Positions 49,901 through 61,407 of a stretch of DNA of 64,000 bases are shown here, in pieces (position 1 is the first letter of the stretch; the number at the start of each line of letters is the position of its first letter). Source of the stretch: Tubulanus polymorphus (Eukaryota; Animalia; Nemertea). The position numbers were made by a program, and so were the translations under genes. Location of the stretch: the NCBI RefSeq assembly GCF_964204645.1, contig NC_134025.1, positions 3,286,001 to 3,350,000 on the forward strand, given 5' to 3'. Below the pieces are notes generated by a model. That model had not been told where the DNA came from. It saw only the letters and a program-made list of their open reading frames with translations, and searched no databases.

Positions 49901-52900
49901 GTACAACATCAAAATACTCGTCAAACCTCTAGACGAGCACAGGCTAAAGGTACAAGCGAACTTCTCGGTGTTGACAAAATCTTTGTGTAATCATATAGAA
50001 TTCCTCATTAAGGAAATTATAATGTAACCTAAGCTGAATGGGTTCCAGATCGTACAGGAAATCAGGCGGCTCTTTTCAGGACACTTAAAACTGAGACGAC
50101 AATACAAACTCGAGCGGGCTATTGTGTGTTCCTGACAGTGAAGATGATGAGACACTTCCGCACTTGTCGAGAAATAAATGCCTTCAGTTATGCTTTATGA
50201 TTTTATATCTGAATGCAAGCACTCAGACAAGTGAGTCATTGAATTGTTCGCTAGAAAATCGGGCATTACCAGCGAGTTTGGGTGCCGTAAAATGAATACG
50301 GGTATCGCTGTTCGGTATTGTACACGTTTCACTCGGATAAACATACCCATACTGTTCTGAATAGACAGGAAGTAAGGGGTATTCATCATGTAATGTCAAC
50401 TCCCGTCTTAAGACATTCAGGACCACAGGACATACATAACAATAGACACACAGACAGTGCAATAAAGACGCATAAATTTGTACGATTTGTGCAAACATCC
50501 CTAAATGACTTAACATCTTCCCAGGGACTTTGATTATCATCAGGTGGTCAGTGTGAAGGACAATGAATTGACAATTTGAAGGTTATGCCGTGGTCGGTAT
50601 GTTTGAAAGCCGGTTCAACCACGCCTAAAATGATTGATATCGATCTAACGACAATATACGATCATTAAGAAAAGATAAATGCTTAATTGAAGGTGTTGGC
50701 ACGTATCCAAATACATTTCCAAGGACAGGTCGAAGTATCTGTGAGAAAAATTTCCTTGGGTAAACTTTCTGCAGATGGAAATGCCAGCGTTTGATAAAAG
50801 TGATGACAAATTCCAAACTAAAGAGCATCACTAGTGAAAGAGTGACCCAAATAAACACGACCGTAAACACTATCCTTAGAATATTTTGACATCACGAGTA
50901 TCCACTTCAGATAAAATACCCAGGTGAGTTCTTGCTTCCAAATATGGCGCAATTGCAGGGTAAACACATCACAAATGAGTAGATGAACGTGACGAGTGCA
51001 AAATTTGATAAAGCAGCAATACATATATGTGAAAACGGGATTTTGTTTACTCCACAAATTTTTCTTGCATATATCTGCCTCCCATCAAGGTGTGATCTCC
51101 TGAGAAATATGTATAACGTATTCTTCGCGTCTAAACCGCCATACAGCATCCAGTTCCACAGTTGTGAGTTAAGATTCACTCAACATCTCATCATCAAGCG
51201 TATCATTTCCACAGTGAAATTATAACTCACATTTATGGCAATGGTTGCGCACGTAGGTCAAATCTTCTAAATTACGAAGTTTAAATCCTCTAAATTAAAT
51301 ATTACGTGAAATTTATTAATCCTTATTTGGTTAAATCCATAAATTACATGCAAATTCGAAGATGAATAAAAAGTTCCATTTTTCAATGTCCGTCGATTGA
51401 GGTTTCCTCATAGAATCCAAGAAGCAAAGACACGATACGAAGAGTTTTAAAGTCGTCTTAGTCCAAAAGAGTCTCGTGCAACTTCTGAATAATGTTCAAT
51501 GTGGAGAAAAACTTAGTCGTCTTAGTCCAAAAGAGTCTCGTGCAACTTCTGAATAATGTTCAATGTGGAGAAAAACTCGATTGAATTTCCCGCCACAAGT
51601 CACGTGATCTAAACCGCGACCCAATAGTGAGAGAGTTTGATCAATTGACACGAAAAGTTAAATGGGCGCTACGTTTTGAAAAGGTGAAAAGCGATCTACA
51701 ATACGTGGCCCATCAACCATTGAAACAGATTTCATTTCATTCAAACAGAGAAAGTTGTTTACGCGTGTAGTAGAACCACTTGCTTTCTCGTGTTTTTAGA
51801 AAACCACAAACCCGCACGGGACTCCACAACCCGTATAATCGGGTGCAGGAGCTCAATGTAAACATGATATATATTTTTTACACACCTGAATCTTGTTTTT
51901 ACAATTAGCCGGATCATTTATTTAACCGATAGGTCAACCACAACATGTGTTCGTACTCACTACGGTACACACTGTGGTCACTCCTTCAAATAATCATATT
52001 TATTTATTCAACTATCAAATATCGGGTCGGTGTTCTACAAGATTCAGATACACCTTGGATTTTGTTCGGCTCCGCATTGAGTTGGCTATGATTTTCTCTA
52101 GATGTTCTCAGAGCGGAGCGCTCGTCATTACGATGCAGGACATCCCCCATTCATCCATTGTGCTCCGCAGACCTATTATTTGGCTTCGATAACTTCCAAT
52201 AGCTGAAGAATATTGTTGAATAAATTTCGCTGTAGGCTTCCAAATTCCATAAATATGTTCGTTCTCTACATCTGTTGATCCGACGGAATTCAGGTGGGCA
52301 GCAACGGAAATCTTTGACCCAAGGCAAGAAATAACTAATCAAAAGTGTTGATCCAAATTGTCAGAGGGGCTGCTTCGGGATAAAATACTCAATAGAATGT
52401 AAAAAAAAAAGAACGCAGCGCTTACCCGGGGAAACCATATTTCCCTATATTGAGGAATGACTTGTATCACTGGTTTAATTTCACAAGTAACTGCCATTAA
52501 GGCACTTGGGATTATCAGTTTAGGTAAGGGCTTCGAGGTAAGCATTGCTACAGGTATAGGAACCTGTAATGGTCGGTCGACCATAGTAACTATCTTCACA
52601 GCTTGAGAGCAATATAACAAATGTAAACAATTTCATCAACTCGCAGAGCAGTTGTTTTGAGCTGATAAAAACAATCAAACAACCATCCCGTCCTCAGACT
52701 TGTTGACAAGCGTCTACTATGAATATATGTTATCCGGTGATATATCGCGGTTACTATCGTAATGGGAGTGATACTATAATCCGTTTGATTTAGAAATCCA
52801 CACCCACAGATTAACGGAGCCTCTAATCCCCTACGATTATCTATGACAGCCTTGTAACTATAGGACAGTCCTTCATTCAAACTGACTAGCGATTAAACTG

Positions 52901-55900
52901 CAATTAAAATCAACCGAGCGTTCATCTCATTATCAGAAAGATATCCATCCTCCTTTAGGATTCACAGGTGTAAATATTAACTCATTCCCTTCAATGATCA
53001 TTTCATACAATAATAATTTACCTGTAGAAGTAAAATGACGTAATTTCCATAGAACACAATAGTTGAGACGGATACGATCAATACGCGTTTACCCGCACCA
53101 GATTTAGGTTAACGTGAAATTGATGCCAATCAAATGTGGTTTAAGAAGCCGAAAAGCTAATCATTGAGTAGAATAGGACCAGACGACAATGGTCAGAATT
53201 GAAATATCGTAATTCTTTAGATCTTAAATAAGGATTATGAAATCTTGAAGTCAGTTAATTCCCACCAAAATACAGATAATCTACAACCATGATTGGAGTA
53301 GAGTAAAATATAACTTTAAGATTTTTCATTTTGGTGTGACTTTCAATCATTCTTCTCTAAGCAGTATCTACCTCGGTGCACTCGTCTTTTTAGACCTTCA
53401 CCTCTGCTAGTAAGTGTTGTAATGAAGCTGTTTTTTTTTCTCTGGTCACGATCTATGGCCCAGTCACAATGACCGATTCCAGGGTAGAAACCTTGGATTC
53501 AACAATGAAAATCCGAAATGGACCATATTTTCACCTGCCATTTATGGAAACCATATTTGTATTGAACGTATAGACTTAATAGGGGGTCATCTATTATGAA
53601 ACCAACGCACTTGACTTCCCCCTCAGCGCGAAGCGAGAGATAAAATCATAATTATGAATCTAGGCACACATTCCATCACATAACAACAATATCATAGAGC
53701 CCTATTGCATTGTAAACTATAACTAGCATATTACACATAAACATACTTATAATCTGTACGGTTTATGCATTCAAATCTATAGTGAATAAATTAAAACTAT
53801 CATTGTATTTAGACTAAGCGGCATACCGATGCAGCGGGACAATTGCACCAAACAGGAGGCAAAGATGCGATTAAATTCAAACAGCTACCGGAGTAGCCGG
53901 TTGCTTCCACCCTCAACAACCGATAATGCAACAAAAACTGTTCAGACTCATAATTTTATTCAATGGCGGCGACCGTGTCCACAATTGCCTATAGAATAGA
54001 ATGCATCTCTATTTATCCCGGGCATCTTCAGGAAAATAGGTCTTATTCATTTCAAATACGGCACTCCTTCTATTCAGTACCCGATAATTGATGGTGACAT
54101 TGGGCATGTTGCCAAAGTTCTCATTCGAATTCAGTCTTTGAAAAACTTCAACTACACGTATAAAGACGGAAGTCAAAAACTGGTTTCATCAAATAGAATT
54201 CAGCGACTCATTTTTTGCGTAATAGCAAAATTGAGGGTCAAGCATATCCTCGAATTTTTTGCAAAAGCTGAGAAAACAAATACACTTCGAAAACCATTTG
54301 CAACTGGTTAAGGCGGCTGTATAAGAGTCTTATTGGTTTATTTAAAAAGTTTAAGTAAACAAAGCGAAATGATAAAAGCGAAGAGAATTGATTAGTAATA
54401 GTTACTGTCACCAGATGGCAGCAACTTACTTATAGGTACTTAACGAACCCCGCAAAAACTATTTGAATTTGAATACCTTTAATACCCTTGATATTCTGAA
54501 AAACCCAACGGTCAAATTAGCTAAATTCATTAAGACCGGCTCAGATGTACATAGATCACTCCAATAGTATATATAGTATTGTAAATAGTTGATGTATATA
54601 TATTTTGTTACGTTTTCATTCTCTAAATTTTAATCACTTCAGTGTTGTTTTGTAAATATTTGTATATACATGTGTAATAGTTTTCCTCCATATACCATGG
54701 AAATGGTTGGAGTGTAAATAAAATCGTAATCGTAATACTTGCCTTCTAATTGTAATCCAGTATTTCTAATCCGATACACAAATGATGTAAAAGGAGCCAC
54801 AGGCGACTTAGCAACTAATAACTGAAAAAAGAGAAGTGACATTCGAACATTGATATATTACCACTTATTTCTGATTTCCCCAAAAGACAAGTCGTAAAGA
54901 AACCAATCAATTCTTACTTGACGTCTTGGTCCATCTAAGTATTGGACAATAAGTCTAGTATTTATGCTATGGCTCCACGTATTTCCTAATGCAGCAGTGA
55001 CGTACCCGTTTTCAAATTCTAAGCTGCCTAAAAATATATTCAATCAATCACAGTCGATAATTATCAGATTTCAGATAAAACACGACTTTTCTCCGTGATT
55101 TAATTAACTATACCTAAAACGTTCTGTTTTTCATGTCCGTATCTAGTAGTTATCTGATTTGTAACAATCACCTACAATCATCGAAAAACCATGCGATTAT
55201 TTACATAGAAATTCGAAACTAGATAATTCCGTGGTCCAGACGCATTCCCTACAAATTTGCTAATCAAATCAATAGCTTTATATATGGGGAAGCGATAATT
55301 AGTATTATTAACTAGCTGATAAATCATCGCGCCGAATTCCAGAATATTGCTGTAAATGGGGGAAATTAGCAGAGCTCGATAAAAGAGTTCCCAAGCTGCC
55401 TGGTAACAGCCCTAGGGACAAATTCCGTCGACACTCGGATCAGCATCGCTGGTGACAAATCTGATGTAAAAGTTCACCGATGAACGCGGATTTGATAAAT
55501 ACTATATACATCATCAAATCGGCTACACGTGCTAGTAATAAACACTACAGCCTTGTCTAGAGCGCACTGAAAAGGAAGCAAGGCGCAATGCCATGAAAGG
55601 AGTGGGAGCTGATGATTTATTGTCTGGGAAAATATCTGAAGTACTGATATTCACGCTACGTAAATTCTTATTCGAGGTGACAAAATGCCTGCGGTACATC
55701 AAATATCAACTTACATACATATGTTGGAAAGGAAAACAATGAAATCAAAGACTATTTGAAATGATTTACGGATAGCCTGTTGGTCGTATACTATACATGA
55801 GCGCAGTAACCTCATTTTTTTCTCTCAATCGCTAAATGAGAGTGAAATTATTTCAGAGAAGAAAACTTCTTAATCTTGAAGCACCTGCGTGGAATTTTCT

Positions 55901-58900
55901 CGGGTTATTTTTAATACGAGTCGTTTCAGTTCACACGAATCCCCTGCGTAGAAAAACTGACCAGGCGTCCTTGGTCTCCAAGGCGAAAGCGTGAAAACCA
56001 GCAACCAAGGATAAATCATCGATCAGCATGCCGAAAACATACATCGCAGCATGTTACACAGCCAGAGTACAAACATCAGTCAGACCTGCCAACTGACCAC
56101 AGGAACAACTGTCCATTCCATCAATTCTACAGGTTGGCAGTCTGTACTGCTCCTTGAGAACAAATTCTTGACAAGATTCTCATGGAAACACTTTCACGGT
56201 TACATAGTGTTTAAAATAACAAAATCAGTGAATTTTGATAGTTCTTGATGCAGATAAATCAATCATTCACAGTCAGTGTTTATTGTACATACACGAGATC
56301 CACTAATTGACGATGCTATAAAATCTCAAGACACATGACAGTTATCAAAATATCTGAGATTAGAAACTTCAGTGCAAAGTTCATTACTGGTGGACTGAAA
56401 ATTCTATTTCGAAAATTTATTATTTTTTTCAGTATTTATAATAACATTATAATTTGCGTTGCTAAAATAATTCTAGCGTTCATCGGTTTAAACCGTTACT
56501 AAGGTTTAAACAACGCGGTCTAATAATAACTTATTCCCGAGACAAAAAATCTGATTCATCAATCAGTGAACAAGATGTTTTACTTTATTAATGAAACACT
56601 CGTAACTATACACAACAGAGATTTCCCATCAGCAACATTTTGCCAGAAAAGAGCTATCTCACCTTGCCATCATCACACCTGGAGCAAAGGTGATAAGCAT
56701 GGGAAAATACGGTTGCTGGACCAATCAGTTACGGCATGGAGGGAAATTTAAAATATATGTTTATAGTGGGCAACGAGCCAGCTGTCAGACATATAGAGCA
56801 TGAAGATTGTAGACACGTGGAGACTTGAGAGGCGCGGGTGGATTTGAAATTCATTTAGGCCTATATGTTTATCATCCTGATAGACGGGTATAATTTAAAC
56901 ACAAGAACTTCGTCCATTTCGTCATACACCGCTTCATCCATGTGAACCTATTTTCATTCATTACAGTTATTTCATTCAAATGCGTTCTTTCGGACTAAAG
57001 TTTATTTTTTTCATCTTCAATGAAAGTATGTAACCCTTTTCCATCATGGACTCAAAAGAGAAGAATAGTTCGTACACTCAAACGTGGAAAAAGAATAATT
57101 AGACCTCACTGTGCACAAATTTATGAGATTAAATGCAGAAGTTATGATTTTCAAAAATCAAAAAGGGACGCAACTTTTTGAACCCTCTCTCTCTAGTGAT
57201 CATCGTCACTGGACTCTTTCGTTTAGAGTCAGCGCTTCCGTGTACCTCAGCAGAAATCGTAAGCTTACAATTTCGTGATAAAAAACATCTGGGTTCCACT
57301 CTTATTGTGAGTCATCAGGAGGGAAATTTAAATGATAGAAATCAGCAGAGATTTACTCACTGGAATTCCGAATGATTCTGCGAAGTACTTCAGCAGTGCT
57401 GCCTGTTTAGCGAGTAAATTTGTGCGTTCAATCAGATTTTTGCTATCGCCAGAATGAAATTCCTTCCTGACTAGAGACGCGACTGAATCCAAAACTATCA
57501 ATTTAATTCCTCTTGAAATGATATACTCTTCTAAATTCTGTAACCTGAAGGAATATGAAAGAAATCTTGTTTTTTGAAAAAATTACTTTTCTCTCGCCGC
57601 AGCCAATGATATCGCGCAAGTCTTACCGTTTTAACAATGAAGAACAAGTTGATTCTACAACAACGTGAACGTTAGATACAAGTGACGTGATCTGTTCCTC
57701 AGATTTACAAATATCGTCGAATCTTGTTTTCAGAATTTCAACTAGCCTGGAAGAGGAGGGTGGAAAATATTAAACTTTGAACCAAGATCGAAGTAGAAAT
57801 TAGCCAGAGATTCAGTCTTCCTTACCTTTCTGCAGAGAAAGCCGATTCTGTATCGATATAAAGTACATTACCACCAAAACCTCCTTCGTTCAATGGTAAA
57901 GTAGCAACAGCGCTCAGCATAATACAAAACTGTGTTTTACCACAACCCGACGGCCCTGAAATCTGAAACAAAAATCAATTTCAGTCGGCACGGACTTTAA
58001 TCGTGGTCAGCTTCATCAGGAGTGGGATAAAACCATACCTCTGTAATAGTACCCAGAGGAAGTCCACCTTGTAGAATTGTATCTAGTTTATCCAGTGTTG
58101 TACGGAGGAATGACATTTTGTCTTTTCGTGATGTCATCATGGATAACGCCTGGAGAATCAATGCTAAATTAATAGACGACAAAAGTCACGGAAGAAGATG
58201 AACTGGAATATCCACAACTGAACTTACTGTAACAGGTTTTGGGGCACAAGATCTTGCTGCACATTTCATACATCTGTCAATCGTTTGTATACCGAGTCCA
58301 ACGGATTGTAAAAGTTCTAATCGAGATTTTGAGAGTAAATCCTAAAAATAAAAGATTAAAAACATTGTATGGCCTATACATGGTACAGTAAATCCCTACA
58401 TTCAGATCCAAAATGATTACAACAAAAACAGAATTTTAATCTAATACTTTCAACATTTTTGACAAATTTATCATAACAAACTAGTGCGTGAAATCCTTCA
58501 TGAATGATTCATTTAATTGCTGATTTGGATGAATTGTAACAGGAAATTTTTTATCTAGAAATATGTTGTATCTAAATGTCATCTAGTGTAAATAAGTAGT
58601 AGTGTATCATGTCCGGTGCGGTGTTCAAAACTCTCACGTTTTAATTGCGTCGGTCTGACTTCTTTTTATATATAGATTATCTAAACATAATGTTATACCT
58701 TAACTGTGCATTCAATGTGTAATCTAGCGGTGTAAACAGAAGAATCATGTCCAACGTTAAATTGTCATGTTCCACGGGATGATTGGGGAGAGTTTTTAAG
58801 AATACTGCAATAAAAGTACCTGGATAGTGTGGACATTATACTTCTGAAATCGACTACATATGTCAGAGTCAAACCCGAGTCTTTTAATCCTTTTTTGAGC

Positions 58901-58903
58901 CAT
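46862..58903 (-). CDS. RAD51B: DNA repair protein RAD51 homolog B, 10 coding exons
   Basis: Exons: 58903-58820 (MAQKRIKRLGFDSDICSRF), 58341-58228, 58149-58039 (LDTILQGGLPLGTITE), 57962-57826 (Walker A GPSGCGKT, LYIDTESAFSAER), 57746-57627, 57544-57361 (Walker B LIVLDSVASLVRKEF), 55171-55114 (VIVTNQITT), 55027-54918 (AALGNTWSHSINTRL), 54821-54743 (AKSPVAPFTSFVY) and distal 46947-46862 (DGTDPGLQKIRVRT). Confidence 0.93.
47131..47195 (-). repeat. tRNA-like / SINE head fragment
   Basis: Minus strand tggcgtcgttagataga...cgggttcgaatc (A-box-like plus B-box); no complete cloverleaf. Confidence 0.4.
51150..51233. mobile_element. Partial copy of the 16017-16130 MITE family
   Basis: ccagttccacagttgtgagtta is identical to the left arm of the 16017 element; inverted taactcaca near 51222-51231. 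Confidence 0.6.
51451..51577. repeat. Perfect tandem duplication, 64-bp period
   Basis: agtcgtcttagtccaaaagagtctcgtgcaacttctgaataatgttcaatgtggagaaaaact occurs at 51451 and again at 51515. Confidence 0.95.
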
Positions 58904-59064
58904 GACAAAAATCTAAGTTGTGGCCCGGAGATATTCGGATTGATCGGCGCGCTTTCGATCGTCCGCAATGGGGATGACAGTATTAATAGGAGGGCTCGCT
59001 CACTGACACTGGAACCTGGTACGACGACTTCCTGGTTTCTCGGTAAATCTTAAGATCGTTCAAG
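58904..59064. promoter_or_regulatory. Compact bidirectional promoter and 5' UTRs of RAD51B and HAAO
   Basis: 161 nt separate the divergent start codons; CpG-rich relative to the flanks. Confidence 0.75.
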
Positions 59065-60807
59065 ATGACTACGAAACCCGTCTTTGTCACGATTCCAGAT
59101 TGGATTAAGGAGAACCAAAAGTTTTTCTTGCCTCCAGTATGTAATAAGATGCTGTAAGTTGCGAGTGACATTCGTTTTTTAATGCATAATTTACAATTTA
59201 ATCGGACTAACGGGTTTCTTATTTTTTTCGCAACGATCCACCAGATGTCGCCACGTTATGACCCGGAGTTTTGTAAACTGACTGTAGACTGTGATAGATA
59301 ACCTCCTTATACCATAGTCAGGAGTAATAAAGAATTATCTAATCTAATCTAATCTATCAGTTTAGTTAAATCGAGAACCCGTTATTAATTCAACTAGGCT
59401 AAAAACGTTACTGCTTTTCTCTCCAGGCACAGTGAGGGGCAGATAAAATCATTTTTCGTAGGAGGACCTAATCAGAGAAAAGATTATCATTTAGAAGAGG
59501 GCGAAGAAGTGTGTATTCCCATAAAAAAAGACTTAGCGAACTCCTCGATTCCTCCTTGCTTATTTATTTTAAAGACTTCTTGAATATTTCTTGTAGTTAT
59601 TTTACATGTTCAAAGGAGATATGTGTCTGAAAGTTGTGGAAAAAGGAGAACATAAAGACATTATAATTAAAGAGGGAGAAGTAAGTTACCCGATTGACTG
59701 GTTATTAATCTGTTAAACTGTCTTTATTTTTATAATTTTTGTTTCAGATATTTCTTTTACCCGGCTATATAATGCATTCTCCTCAACGACAAGCGGATAC
59801 TATTGGTTTAGTTATTGAACGTTTAAGAGCTAAAGATGAAACTGATGGTCTGCGATACTTTGTCGAAAAAAATGGAACCCCAACTTTTGATATCCTTTAC
59901 GAAAAGTGGTTTTACTGTGAAGACCTCGGTACACAACTTGCTCCAATTATTAAGGGGTAGTTCATCGATTCTGAAATTCATTAATTAGACACGAAAACAT
60001 TATCTTTTTTGTGATCCCATATTTTTGATGAAATTGTAGATTTTTTGCTTCTGAACAGTACAAAACAGGAAAACCTCTTCCAGGTATTAAATATTTCTAA
60101 TGGAAATCAATCTGTCCTTTTCATGTGTCCAGGTTTAATAACTCAATGATATTTTTCTAGGCACAATAAGTAATGATCCACCCGTAAAGGTTGACATTAA
60201 ACGCACTCTGAGAGCACCTTTCAATTTGAATCAATGGATCAAAGAAAATTGGGATTCGATACAAAAAGACGGCCATAAAAGTCTGTTTGGAGACAGTTAC
60301 CAGTTTTCAGTATGTAGTGAATGTCAAAACCACAATTTAAAAGATTTACCGTTCTATATAGAAAGGCGTTTTAATTTTCTCATGAAAAGGTTGATGCTTA
60401 TGGATGTGGAGAAAATACGGATGAAAATGAAAATGCTGAAATTTGGCTTTGGCAGTTGGTACGTAATGTTGAAATGTTTAAGTTTCTACGCCATAAAGGG
60501 AATATAACTGTTTGACATACGGCCATACGATTCACGTTTGATTATTATTCAGAATGGAGAATCATGCGTTACAACTGGTGGCGAAACGTACAATATGAAG
60601 AAAGATGACAGTTTATTGATACCCCGGGGTATGAGGTATGTTCAATATCACCACAGCAGTCTAATTATCGCAATTTTCAGTGTTCACGTATATACGCAAT
60701 ACTTTGTTCGTACTTTCAGCTATTCGGCAAAACGAGGTGAAGGCTCAGTGACTCTTATTTGTTTCCAAGATCCAACAAGGAAAGATGTCATGGCAAAATC
60801 CTGTTAG
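59065..60807 (+). CDS. HAAO: 3-hydroxyanthranilate 3,4-dioxygenase, 9 coding exons
   Basis: Exons: 59065-59153 ([17 protein letters not shown]), 59427-59508 ([18 protein letters not shown]), 59597-59680, 59748-59956 ([13 protein letters not shown]...GLVIER...DGLRY...[15 protein letters not shown]), 60040-60083, 60161-60309, 60390-60458 (EIWLWQL), 60553-60634, 60720-60807. Confidence 0.96.
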
Positions 60808-61407
60808 ATGCGTTAAAAGAGCTTCTAAGTCAGCAATACCTTAGATGCGTATATATATATATCTGGTGCTATCGGTAATGGGAAATACTGGGGTACATGT
60901 ATGTTCAATTCAACTTCTGAGATTTTAATCACTTCTGTTTGGTAAAATTAATACTTAAGCTGTTCTTCAACATAGTTGTAATAAATTCCTGTCAATCTAA
61001 ATCTTAATTTACAAAATTATTTAATACTGAAATAAATGATAAGTTATATTCCAAATATTTCGTTACCGGTACTTCTTTCCACTTCTTTTGTTCTGTGACC
61101 AAAGAATTCGCCTGTTGCATCATTGAATCTTTTTACGAAGAACAAAAACTTACATGTGATTAATACAAAGATCGGGGTTTATTGCTCCATAACAGATGGA
61201 AATATTGATAAACATGTACCATATTTGTTAAGGTTTCAAGATTTCCAATCGAGAAAAACAAGTAAAAAATCTATATACAATAAATACACAACAAAAGCAC
61301 AGCTTTTAAATGCAGTTAATCATATCATTGGATCGACAATCTACTACGTGATCTTGAACATGATCATCTTGACTATCCATGAATCAGTGAGCTCGTCCAG
61401 GAGTCCT

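Noticed and set aside
37072-52880. Many 60-110 aa ORFs in the ZFP36-RAD51B interval
   Set aside because: No recognisable domains, many non-ATG starts, overlapping on both strands and no consistent splice chain; treated as chance ORFs.
54639-54742. Read-through tail as the main RAD51B C-terminus
   Set aside because: AT-rich and unrecognisable; a GC donor and a phase-matched distal exon explain the end better. Kept only as a possible minor isoform.
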